From NCBI RefSeq assembly GCF_000143415.4, contig NW_003314361.1, forward strand, positions 124,001 to 188,000: a stretch of DNA of 64,000 bases, written 5' to 3'. The notes under the pieces were generated by a model, which was not told where the DNA came from, made no database searches, and saw nothing but the letters and a program-made list of their open reading frames with translations. Positions 36,163-46,605 of this stretch are shown one piece after another. The translations under genes were made by a program, and so were the position numbers. Within the stretch, counting starts at the first letter, position 1, and every line of letters starts with the position of its first letter. The stretch comes from Selaginella moellendorffii (taxonomy: Eukaryota; Plantae; Lycopodiophyta).

Positions 36163-36379
36163 CCCCCCAAAACCCTAGACCGTCCAACGCTCTCTCCTCA
36201 CGAGACAACTGGTGTAGCCGCAGTTTTCTTCTCTTATCTCAATCTTGTCCGAAAGATCAAACTTGGTCTGCCACCCTGCGAGTCCGGAGAGTCTGTCTTC
36301 TTATAAAATGAAAAAGAAAAAGGAAAGTGAGAAAAGAAGAGCGATCAAACAAATCCTGTCGAGTGGTTGACGGAAAACT

Positions 36380-36915
36380 TACCGGAGGTTACTGGGGAAG
36401 ACGAAGTCCATGAAGTGCTCGAGAGCCATTCCAGCATGACGGAGCTTTGGAGCCAGAGCAAAGTTGGAATCAGTGGGAGTTTTCCCAGCGATGTAAGGGC
36501 CCTGAGAAACAAGATAAATGAGAAGAACATTACAAAGAACTTACACATATACATGGAGAAACTTACGTGTTTCTTCAATTACTCCTCGAAAGCTGTGAGC
36601 TCGTTGATATGTCTTTGCTGGAGCGCTTCGGTCCTTGGACTTGAGCCAGTTAGTGAACACTGGAAAGACGCTGGAAAATCCAATCTCATCTCAGCAGCAA
36701 TCGATCTAACTTGTAGACATCGACTTTGAATTCGTGTGGAGTTTTCAGAGACGGCTCCTTGAACTTCTTCTCCACATGCACAATGATTTTGTCCGAATCT
36801 TGAATCCAATCAGGACCGTCGCGGAGAACCGGCATCAAGCCAGAGGGATTGTGTTGCATAAACCTGTGAGAGAAAAAAATCCCATCTCCTTACCAACCAG
36901 TCTGGCTTTGGAATT
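36380..36915 (-). pseudogene. Dehydroascorbate reductase (GST-DHAR)-like pseudogene, 5' truncated
   Basis: KPDW|FMQHNPSGLMPVLRDGPDWIQDSDKII..EKKFKEPSLKTP, FPVFTNWLKSKD, INELTAFEE*LKKH|GPYIAG..FALAPKLRH..ALEHF. Internal stop and frameshift; the N-terminal CPF active site is absent. Confidence 0.78.
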
Positions 36916-36926
36916 TTTTTGGTGTT

Positions 36927-38873
36927 AGGCAGGAAATGCTTTTCGGCCATTCTCGCTCACCTGTCGATCAGCGCAACCATTTGCTGGTACTATTCTCTTG
37001 CTTTGGCATTCTCGCCTCTTGTGATGATGCAGAGCTCCACTGTAAGCTATAGAATTTTGTTTTCTTGCTCTCAACTTCAACTTCTCTTGTCTGTGTGTTC
37101 TCTTCGCAGCAGCCTTCAGCCTGTCCTCCTGAGCTCAGTGACGATGTTGTCATTGTTGCGTGAGTCATTCAAGACTTCTTTCTTTTCTTCACTTCCAAAT
37201 TTTAAACTCCTCCTGGGTTGTGGCAGAGCATTCCGGACACCGATATGCAAGGCCAAGCGCGGTGGCTTTAAGGACAGCTTCCCGGAGGATTTACTGGTTC
37301 CTGTTCTCAAGGTATCTTGTGGAACTTTGTTCGCACGTTTTTCGACAATTCTTTCCAGGCAGTGGTGGCTCACACCGGCGTAATACCAGCTGAAGTTGGT
37401 GACATTGTCGTCGGGACCGTCATAGCACCTGGTTCCCATCGGGCGGCTGAGTGTCGAATCGCTGCTCTCCTGGCTGGTTTTCCAGGTTTGTCAAGCGTAC
37501 AGGCAGGGACCTGTTCTTACTTTCTTTTTTTTATTCTCTTGCTTGCAGACACTGTACCAGTTCGAACTGTCAACAGGCAGTGCTCATCCGGTCTACAAGC
37601 TGTTGGAGATGTTGCAGCGGCAATCAAATCTGGATTCTATGAAATTGGTCTCGCGTTTTCATGGTTGATGTAGTTTCCTTGTTTAATCGTATCTTTTCCA
37701 GGAATCGGCGCTGGTGTGGAGTGCATGTCAATCGATTTTGGGGTTCAGCAGCAACCTCGTGTGAATCCCCAGGTATTACGGGTGTCATTCCTTTCTTTTG
37801 TTTTGTGTTACCTTTAACGCTTCAGGTTGAGCTGAACAGCATGGCTAAAGACTGCTTGTTACCTATGGGCATTACGTCCGAGAATGTTGCTGAGCGATAT
37901 GGCATCACTCGAGAGGAGCAAGACGAGGCTGCTGTAAGTGTTTTGCTACGTTCCGATCAGCTTTGTCATCAATATATTATCCAGGTTGTATCGCACCGGA
38001 ATGCAGCAGCAGCAATCGCAAGTGGAAGATTCAAAGACGAGATTACTCCTGTGAAAACCAAGGTAGTGATGCTTCATACAAACATGAGTTTCTGACGCTT
38101 GTGTGCAGCGTGTGGATGCCACCACTGAAGAGGTCACAGAAAGTGTCATATCTGTGGACGACGGTGTACGCCCCGACACGACCCTTGGCGTGTTGGCGAG
38201 ACTCAAGCCAGCATTCAAGAGTGGAGGCACAAGTACTGCGGGCAATTCGAGCCAAGTTAGCGATGGTGCTGGAGCCGTTCTCCTGATGAAGAGAAGCTGT
38301 GCAAGTCAGCGTGGCCTGCCAGTCCTGGGAGCATTCAGGTGAGTGTTTTTTGCTTGAATTTGATTATCAATCAAATTCAATCTTGACAGGAGCTTTGCCG
38401 TGGTTGGCGTAGAGCCCGGTGTGATGGGAATCGGCCCCGCGGTTGCGATTCCAAAGGCCATCAAAGATGCTGGCCTGGAGATTAGCGACATTCATCTGTT
38501 TGAGATCAACGAGGCGTTCGCATCGCAGTACACGTACTGTTGCAAGAAGCTGCAACTTGACCCTGCGAAGGTGAATGTGAATGGTGGTGCAATCGCGCTT
38601 GGCCACCCTCTCGGTGCAACAGGCAAGCAATCTTCTAAGTGTTTTATGTGTCTTATATTTTGTCATAGGTGCTCGCTGTGTGGCAACGCTCCTCCATGAA
38701 ATGGCCAAGCGTGGGTCCGCTTGTAGATACGGAGTGGTCTCTATGTGCATAGGTGAGTGAGCTGTTTCGACCATTTGGCCATCCACTTTCTTGTTTTTCT
38801 GTTTTTTTGTTTTTTTTTTCCCGCAGGGACTGGCATGGGAGCGGCAGCTGTGTTTGAGCGAGGAGATGTGTAA
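36927..38873 (+). CDS. KAT: 3-ketoacyl-CoA thiolase (KAT2/PED1-like); ~12 exons; N-terminus uncertain
   Basis: [93 protein letters not shown]. All catalytic motifs are intact. GC-AG intron at 38623-38668. Confidence 0.92.
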
Positions 38874-39094
38874 ATTCATTCGCAATCGCCTCAACATTCT
38901 ACTTCATAATACAAACTTTTGCTGTGTTTGACAGTAGAAGGGTAGCGGTTGTGATCTTTGAGCGTAGAGAGCTTTTGTTACTTTTTATTCAACATTAGCA
39001 CTGCTCGAAGTTCTATTCCATAAGAAAAAATTGGTTTATGAATCGAGGAAACTCTCATCCAGCTCAACTCTCCTGAAAAACAGATTGGTCATTC

Positions 39095-40715
39095 TCAGAA
39101 GTTGCTGGACCTGAAGATGTTGATGAGGTGAGCCCTTTCGCGCTTGGCTAAGTCAGCTTGCTTCTTCAGCGAGATTTGCTCCTGCTGGTACTTTGCAATG
39201 AGGAAACGCTTCCGCTTCTCGGCTTGAATGCGCTCCTAAAACCAACAAACTCTCAGCTTCAGGCCTAGCAAATGGAATAAAAAAGAGAGAGACCTCAAGA
39301 GCCTTTTCTTGCTTCTCTGAGAGCTCTTTGCCGTCGTCGTGGCCACCATCTTTAGATTTGTCACCTGCCTTCTTTGTAACCCTGCAAAGATAAAAACACA
39401 CGCTCAGCTTCTCCGCTTGACACGAATTTCGTTCACTTACTCCAGCTCTCGAGAAGTAGAATCAAGCTGGGAGCGCCCTGAATCCACGCTTCTCAGCCAG
39501 CCGAGACGTTCCTTGTTGAGCTGCTTCTCGATCTCTTCGAGTGCAACCTCATCCTGAGCTTGCCATCCACGTTGAGACGGTCCAGGCTCTTGAGCTCCTG
39601 CTGGAATCTGTCCTCTATCTCCTGCATCTGCACATTGACGCGATGAGGAAAAGTTGGAAAACGAAGAAAGAGAATCCAACCTTTCTCGGTTTCTTCAAAG
39701 ACCTGTTGAGCTTGAACGCCTGCTTGAGCTGCTTGGTGGCCCCAAAGCTCTTCCCCCACTTCTCTCGCAGGTAAGCGCACTGTTGTGTCTCGGACAGCAT
39801 CGGCAAGAGCTTGAGCATATCAAGTGCATGCTCCTCGTCGCCACTACTACCATCCTCATCGTCACACAAGTCTTCCGCTGCTATATCCTGCGCAGGAGCA
39901 GCCGCCAGAGACGATACTTCATGACGCTTGATCAGCCTACAAAACGACTTGCTCATGGCAACTGTATCGTCTTCTTCTTGTTCTCCTTGTTCCTCGGCAG
40001 CATCAAGCTGCTTCTCTTCAACGAGTTGCTCCTCCACCGCAGGCCCAGAGTCCCTGGCTCGGAATTCCAGCTGCTTGGCATCCACAAAACCAACCTCGGA
40101 TGATGGATAGGCCACCACAATCCTCGGCTCAGCCGCACTTCCTCCCTTGCTATACACGGCCAGCACCTCGAGTAACTTGAGCTCCGCGAGGTTTTGCGGG
40201 ACGTCCTCGCCTTGGAGCCCCTTGAACGGCCGCCTCACCTTGCCATCACCCTCGTCCGAGTTGTTGACGAGGAGAACCGGCGGCCACGACATGATGCCTA
40301 CTTCCTGCCGAAGAGATTCCACCTCCGCCTTGAGTGCCTCCTTCAAGGCGCGGAGGAAAGTGCGGTGCTGCCTCACTCGCTTCTTCCAGTAGTTCTTGAG
40401 GTGGAGTATGAGCGCCTCCCATCCCCGGAGTGGTTTCTTCCCGGGGCACAGAGCACACAAGATGTGGGGCTCTCTCCCCGAGCAAGTGAGGCTGGCGCTG
40501 CTCTCCAGGCATCCAATCTGGTCGCGGTAATCCGCCACCATCCTCTTTGCAAGCGGCAGAAGCGCGCTGAAGCACCTCTCTTCCAGTGCATCGCCACCCT
40601 CTTGGTCGGCGTGGTGGAGGAGGAATTCATACTCGTCGCTCGGGATGAGATCGTCTGGCCGTGTCTCGAGAATCCAAGTGCGATGGATGGCAATCTCCCT
40701 CGGCTCTAGCGCCAT
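39095..40715 (-). CDS. SGS3-like zf-XS plus XS-domain coiled-coil protein; one apparent frameshift near 39566
   Basis: CALCP..WEALILH..KRVRQHR.FL..L, WPPVLLVNN, YSKGG..VVAYPSSEVGFVDAKQL, FGATKQ, followed by spliced coiled-coil exons ending SSNF* at 39095. Confidence 0.7.
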
Positions 40716-43170
40716 TCCTTTTCAAAAATTCGAACGGCCCCGCCAAAAGCGGCTCAACGGCTGAGATGTGATCTAGAGAGACGCCTCCCTTCGATCTAGG
40801 GCGTCCTCGTCCTTCCCCTAGCAGCGCCTCTTGTATGCTGGCTAGAACCCCCTGCGATGGCGATGCCGATAGCGGTGGCCATGGATCCACAAGCATGGCA
40901 GCATTTCGTGCCGCACGCCTCGCCCGCTCGTTGTCGTTGTGGAGCCTGGATGCCGCCACCAGCGCTCTCCACGCGGAGGCATCGGGCTCCAGAGGCATGT
41001 TTTCCAGCACCTCCTCGGCCTTGGTCAGCTGCCCCGACCGACCCAGCAGCTCCACCATGCATGCCCACTGCTCCATGCTCGGCCCTGCGGCATACCGGTA
41101 GATGAGGAGGAAGAAGGTCCGGCCGTCCTCCACAAGGCTCGCAGCGCTACAAGCCGACACGATGCTCACGAAGCTGATCTCGTTGGGAAGCATGCCCTCC
41201 AGTTCCATGGCCCGGAAGAGCTGGAGCGAGACCTTGGCTTGGCGACACCGTGCATACGCCGAGACGATGGCCGTCCACGACACAATGTCGTGCCTTGGCA
41301 TCGCCTCAAACAGTCTTCTCGCCTGCTCGACGCTTCCACACCTCCCATACATGTTGAGCAGAGCGGTGGCGACCGAAACATCGGCGCGATGCTTGTAGCT
41401 CATCTCCTCGTCCACGGCCTGGTGAAGCTCCTTGCCTTGTGCTAGAGCTCCAACGTCCGCACAGGCGTTCAAGGCTGTTATCAAGGTGACCCGGTCTGGC
41501 TTCGTGACTCCCTCGCTGTCCATGGCCGCCAGGAGCGAGAGCGCTTGTCTGCCGTGCTTGTTCTGAGCGTAGGCTGTGAGCATGGCGTTCCACGACACGA
41601 GCGTGCGCTCTGGAAGCTGCTCAAACATGTCCCTTGCCTCGTCCAGGAGACCATTCTGAGCCAATGCCACCACCATGCTCGTCCACGACACGCTGTTCCA
41701 CCCCGGCATCGTGCTGAAGAGTTCTTTGGCTTCGGCCACTTTGGCATTGAGGCCGTAGATGGACAGCAGAGTGTTCCAAGCAACGCTGGTCTTGCGTGAG
41801 ATCTGGTCGAAGGCGCTCTTGGCCTCGCTCACCTGGCCACACTTCCCATACATGTTTACCACCGCAGTTGCGATCAATGTGTTGCCGTCAGTGGTGCTAG
41901 TGATCTCCTGGTGGACTAGACTCCCTTGTTCCAAGTCCTCCATGTCAGCACAGGCACCAAGAACACTGGCGAAGCACCCAGTATCAGCTTCCACACCTTC
42001 CAATACCATCACTCTGAACACCTGTAGAGCCTCCCTTCCGCGACCGTTCTGCGAAAGCCCGGAGACGATTGAGTTCCAGGAGACTCTACTCCGCTGCGGC
42101 ATCTTGTCAAACAGAGCCACGGCTTCTTCCACGCTCCCATTCCTGGCACACACTGACACCAGCGTCGTCCACGACACGACGTCCCGCAACGGCATTTCCT
42201 CGAACACCTTCCAAGCATTGGCCACATTACTCCCTCCTTGAGCATAGTTGTAGGCGGACAGGAGAGCGTTCCAGGACACGGTGTTCTTGTCCCCGTCCGG
42301 AATCGCATGAAACAAGGCACTCGCGTCCTCCACGCAGCCGTTCCGGGCGAAGGCAGAAAGCATGACGTTCCAAGACACGATACTCTTGTTGGCGATGTCC
42401 CGGAACACACTCTCCGCCTCCGCTACCCTGTGGCACCGGCCATACATGCGGACGAGCGCAGTCGCCACCACTGTGTCGGGCAAAAATCCTTTCATTCGTG
42501 CAGCCACTTGATCCACAGATGCTGACATTGTCTCCTCGTGACTCTCCTTCTCCAGTGACGACGCGCAAGCATCAGACACAGCCAGCATTGTCACCCTGTC
42601 AGGTTCTACGCCCTGCAACTCCATGTCGTGAAACATCCCGAGAGCCGTTGCGCAATGCCCGAGCCGTGCACACGCCGTGATGATCGCATTCCAGGCCACA
42701 ATTCCATGCTGAGGCATCACTTCCAGGATCTGTATCGCTTCCACAATTCGGCCATCGCTGGAATAGGCCGCCACCATCCCCGTCCACGACACGGAGTTGC
42801 GCTCTCGCATGCAAGCAAATAACTCATCGGCTTTCCCAAGATGCCCAATTGCGGCATATGCAGTGATCATGGCATTCCACGACACAACATCCCTCTCCGG
42901 CATCATGTCAAACAGCCGTTTCGCCTCCTCTTCCCGTGTGATGCTCGCACCAAGCATAGTGTTCCAGGAAAACCTGTTCTTCCGCGGAATCCTCTCAAAC
43001 ACTTGCCTCGCCTCCTCGATCTGGCCGCAGGCGGCGTACATCTGGACCAGCAGATTGCCCAGATAGGTGTCGCACTCCAAACCGGCCTCGCCCAGCCTCC
43101 GCTCCAGCTGCTTTCCCTCGGCCACGGATCTACACTGGCGCACAAGCGACGCCCACTGCCGCTGCTGCAT
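40627..43170 (-). CDS. PLS-class PPR protein with E domain; C-terminus reads into the SGS3-like start
   Basis: DTYLGNLLVQMY..CG, many FD.MP.rdvVSW repeats, WACMVELLGRSGQL..MPLEPDASAWRALVAASRLH. Confidence 0.88.
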   Translation of the reverse strand: MQQRQWASLVRQCRSVAEGKQLERRLGEAGLECDTYLGNLLVQMYAACGQIEEARQVFERIPRKNRFSWNTMLGASITREEEAKRLFDMMPERDVVSWNAMITAYAAIGHLGKADELFACMRERNSVSWTGMVAAYSSDGRIVEAIQILEVMPQHGIVAWNAIITACARLGHCATALGMFHDMELQGVEPDRVTMLAVSDACASSLEKESHEETMSASVDQVAARMKGFLPDTVVATALVRMYGRCHRVAEAESVFRDIANKSIVSWNVMLSAFARNGCVEDASALFHAIPDGDKNTVSWNALLSAYNYAQGGSNVANAWKVFEEMPLRDVVSWTTLVSVCARNGSVEEAVALFDKMPQRSRVSWNSIVSGLSQNGRGREALQVFRVMVLEGVEADTGCFASVLGACADMEDLEQGSLVHQEITSTTDGNTLIATAVVNMYGKCGQVSEAKSAFDQISRKTSVAWNTLLSIYGLNAKVAEAKELFSTMPGWNSVSWTSMVVALAQNGLLDEARDMFEQLPERTLVSWNAMLTAYAQNKHGRQALSLLAAMDSEGVTKPDRVTLITALNACADVGALAQGKELHQAVDEEMSYKHRADVSVATALLNMYGRCGSVEQARRLFEAMPRHDIVSWTAIVSAYARCRQAKVSLQLFRAMELEGMLPNEISFVSIVSACSAASLVEDGRTFFLLIYRYAAGPSMEQWACMVELLGRSGQLTKAEEVLENMPLEPDASAWRALVAASRLHNDNERARRAARNAAMLVDPWPPLSASPSQGVLASIQEALLGEGRGRPRSKGGVSLDHISAVEPLLAGPFEFLKRNGARAEGDCHPSHLDSRDTARRSHPERRV

Positions 43171-43239
43171 TCCATAGCGACTATAAATTTAGGGCTTGAT
43201 TCTAGAATGAAATCCTTCTGGTGACGATTCATTACTACG

Positions 43240-43620
43240 TCGACTTTGATCTCATGGCTCCACGATCTGGGAGTTGTGCAGATGTTTCCACAGGATCCGG
43301 GCAAGCAGATCACTGGCTGGTTGACGAGGATCAGCGTCTGGCGGAGATCAAAAGGCCTTGCATCATTCATAGCTTTCTGTCCGAGCTGAACAAGAATGCA
43401 AGGCGTGGCGTGGAACAGTTTGGGCAGCTTCAACTTGCGGGGCTTTGTGCTCTGTGGCTTGCCGATTCTCAAGGAAGTTATTGCAGATAGGATCCTGGAG
43501 GATGTGACTTGTATCTCTGCTTTCGGTCGAGAGTAGCAGGGAGATTGAGCTCCTTGATGCAAGCGACATACGGATGCATGCGCTGCCTTTTCTTTTCAAG
43601 TTAAAGATCCCGAGTGGCAG
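43240..43620 (+). pseudogene. Possible UDP-glycosyltransferase C-terminal relic
   Basis: RSKGLASFIAFCP..GVAWNSLGSFNLRGFVLCGLP..DRILED weakly resembles a decayed PSPG box (HCGWNS..GVPmlcwP). Confidence 0.3.
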
Positions 43621-43885
43621 GAAGACGAATCAGCGGATATTGTGAATACGCCCAGTGAGGAAGATGAGGAGGAGGCAACTGATCAATGGTAGAAGGATAC
43701 TGGAGCTCAAGGGACTGGTGGGTGTTTGCTGCCACTATGTGCAGTCCTTCCAAGTACATTCCTTCGAAGAGTGGCAGAGGGTGGTGTGAAACGGGCGCCT
43801 CGTTTGGGGGTCTACTCAAAGATGTGAGACACTACCTGACGGATGTTCTTGGTTGCCTGGAAGCGGAAGGAGTTGCGTCAGTAAT

Positions 43886-44167
43886 CTTGAAATGAAAGAA
43901 TATACTACAAAATAAATAACAATATTTTATTTTAATTATAAAACAATTAATTATTAATAAATATTTCTTTTTTTTTTCTCTCTCGGGACCATCGGGAAAC
44001 AAAACACTGTCACTAACAGCATCCTCGAGCAGCTCCGCATCCGTCACCTTAACTATGTTGTGATGGAGGAAAATTTGGTGGTATTATATATGTAATCAAG
44101 TATCTCCTTATAACTCTATATAATATATAAAGAGGAGTTGAGATTATGCTTGAAATGAAAGAATATA
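43886..44167. repeat. 244-bp insert flanked by a 19-bp direct repeat (TSD-like)
   Basis: CTTGAAATGAAAGAATATA at 43886-43904 and 44149-44167. Confidence 0.7.
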
Positions 44168-44344
44168 GAATGCATAAGAGTCAACCTGATCAGCTATGGA
44201 ATCCTAGATTCATTCGTATGGATATATGCAAGTGAGGTTCTGATGGCTTTGGTGTCGTTGGTAACCATCATACTCATGATGGTTACCATGGCAACATTAA
44301 TTCTCACTTACTCCAAACTTAAGCCCTTAATACCAAAAGTTTGG

Positions 44345-46258
44345 TCATATGAGACTATAGGATCTCAAAAACCTCTTTAGTGTTCGTGAAGGAAGCTGCA
44401 TCCCACTCAAACTGCTCCTCCTATGGCTTTGAAGAGTTCTAAGCTCCTGCCTGCATCTCAGGAAGGTGATCAAAAGGACCACTGGCATCAAAACCGCCGT
44501 GGACACCCATGCGAGCAGGAGACTATTTGATTTGTAAGTCGATTCGCCCTGAGCAACAACCAGCACTCGCAATCCATGGCTTGTCACCTGCACTTGGTCA
44601 GCGTGTAGTGCCCAGCTCCTGAAACTCTTCTCTCTTTGCAACTCAGTCGGCGTCAAAGCCACAACAGCGGAGTAGGAAACAATGGCCAGGACCAGGTTGC
44701 AGCAGCACAAAAGCCCTATTTTCAAGCGTGAAGAGACTCTCACACCTCGCACCAGCTTCAACTGTGCATCTGTCAATGGCACCACTCCCGCAACAACTGC
44801 GATGAAAGCACTGGGGAGAGTTATGGCCACCACCCAGAACTCCGCGGGAGAACCTTGCTCCAGGTTCAGAAGCGAGAGATGCTCAGCAATGTACGACGCT
44901 TTAACTTGAGAGAGCAGCGAGCTAAGAATGTCTACGTCCGAACTTGTTTGCAGCAGATCCTGAGGTGGATCTATTCCCCACAAGCACATTTCCGGCTTGG
45001 CTGCCCTTCTATTTTCACATACTGGTGCATCATAGAGAGGAAAGTTGGATGACGGACTGTTCGTTGTTCGCACCCAGATAGATGAAAGTCCTGAGCAGCT
45101 CTGTCTTCGCAAAGGTACCAGTGTATTGGTCTCGTTCCTGGGAGCTTCATAGACGGCTTTGAAATACGGCACAAGACTGGCTTTCACTTCTTTCTCGCCA
45201 CAGTCGAAGTGTACGCAGTGGAATCTCCACGAGCTGCGTGTGGTTACAGTAGCATTCAGCTGCTCACTGTAGCAAGCGTAGTAGCCCGACTGGTTGGAAA
45301 ACAGAAAGGGTGACTCGCTTTGGCAGCCTCCAACAATCTTGCCCGGAAGAAAGGCCGGTCCCAGGACAGTGAGAAGCTCACTGCCGGTGGCGTTCTTGAA
45401 CTCTTCATCCATTCTATAACATTTCGCGGCTCCACCATAGTTGTACACACCTGCTTCAGGAGCTTTTCTCACGCTTGGAGATGGTAAGCGGGCTCCTTTA
45501 TCAGTCAGCGCAACCTCACCTCGATCAGCAAAGATGTCAAATCCTAAGTTGCCACAGTTTGGTAAGTCTTTGTAGCTTTCCCATGCTAGAGTTCTAGCTT
45601 GAAACCCTGACTCTGATTGTGTGTTTGTATAGTACTCAGTTGGAAACTCCAGTATCCTGGAGGGAACCGTGTTTGTGACCCGTTGGGCATTACTGTTGTC
45701 ACTGACTACCTCCCACAAGCTGAAGTATGTTGGTGAGTACCTTGTCCAGTTTCTGATTTCCTGATCATAATCTTGAGGAGTAACCCGCAGAACAACTGGT
45801 GCAATTGGTTCACAGGCGGCATCTAATGTAGATTCGGCCTGCCGGTTTTCCTGCAGGCAGACAAATGCCAGCAGCCACATGGTGATCTTCATGGTTCCCA
45901 GACCCTTGATGTGCTCGGAGGACTCATACTCTGCGATGGATGCATTCCTGGTTGCTGAGAGCCCTCCCCTATCACGGATCTCTTTCAGATAGTCCTTGTC
46001 ACATACCTGTTCTACACTGCCCAGCTCCTCTTCTGGAATGGGAATTGAAACCAAGTACCTCAAGAAGGCCTCTGGATGCGATTTGAGGTGCGGAATGAAC
46101 TGCCACCAGGTGGATTTCTGAGACGTATCACCGCTCATGCTTAGAACTGCTCTGGAGCTGTTTACTCCAGCCAGTTCACCCCGTTGCACTGATACTTCCG
46201 CTGCTCCCAAGTGAACGTGAAGAATCCCCATTACGAGAAGGGCGACGATCCAAGCCAT
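44345..46258 (-). CDS. Intronless orphan ~637-aa protein: signal peptide, Cys-containing N-glycosylated ectodomain, three C-terminal TM helices
   Basis: 1.9-kb uninterrupted ORF. MAWIVALLVMGILHVHLGAA signal; sequons NSS, NAS, NWT, NAT, NQS, NET; hydrophobic segments FWVVAITLPSAFIAVVAGVVP, IGLLCCCNLVLAIVSYSAVVAL and LLLAWVSTAVLMPVVLLITFL; basic tail. Confidence 0.8.
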   Translation of the reverse strand: MAWIVALLVMGILHVHLGAAEVSVQRGELAGVNSSRAVLSMSGDTSQKSTWWQFIPHLKSHPEAFLRYLVSIPIPEEELGSVEQVCDKDYLKEIRDRGGLSATRNASIAEYESSEHIKGLGTMKITMWLLAFVCLQENRQAESTLDAACEPIAPVVLRVTPQDYDQEIRNWTRYSPTYFSLWEVVSDNSNAQRVTNTVPSRILEFPTEYYTNTQSESGFQARTLAWESYKDLPNCGNLGFDIFADRGEVALTDKGARLPSPSVRKAPEAGVYNYGGAAKCYRMDEEFKNATGSELLTVLGPAFLPGKIVGGCQSESPFLFSNQSGYYACYSEQLNATVTTRSSWRFHCVHFDCGEKEVKASLVPYFKAVYEAPRNETNTLVPLRRQSCSGLSSIWVRTTNSPSSNFPLYDAPVCENRRAAKPEMCLWGIDPPQDLLQTSSDVDILSSLLSQVKASYIAEHLSLLNLEQGSPAEFWVVAITLPSAFIAVVAGVVPLTDAQLKLVRGVRVSSRLKIGLLCCCNLVLAIVSYSAVVALTPTELQREKSFRSWALHADQVQVTSHGLRVLVVAQGESTYKSNSLLLAWVSTAVLMPVVLLITFLRCRQELRTLQSHRRSSLSGMQLPSRTLKRFLRSYSLI

Positions 46259-46355
46259 CAAACAATTCGACTATCGGTAAATGGCTTCAGGCAGCCCCGA
46301 TATATGTAAGACTTCAAGTCGCCACCGGCAGGAAGGACCCATTCACGACCATTAG

Positions 46356-46605
46356 TGGAGGCACAGAAGCCGTTCCTGTCGCATCCGGGAAATTAAAAAG
46401 AAGTCGCGACACTGGAGGCACAGAAGCCGTTCCTGTCGCAAATTGACGGGAGGCTTTTGGAAATGCTTCTTTTTAATTTCCTGGATGCGACAGGAACGCC
46501 TCCCCTTGATTCACTCTCTCTCCGCTTACTTGGCGGTGACGTGGCATCAGGCTTTCTTTTTGTTCTCCAGCACACTCCTTCTCCCGTCCATTTAACGGGA
46601 GGCTC
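46356..46605. repeat. Nested direct and inverted repeats, probably a DNA-transposon terminal region
   Basis: 28-bp direct repeat at 46356-46383 and 46413-46440; 33-bp inverted repeat at 46371-46403 and 46466-46498 (1 mismatch); further GACGGGAG/CTCCCGTC motifs and GACGTGGCA. Confidence 0.75.
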
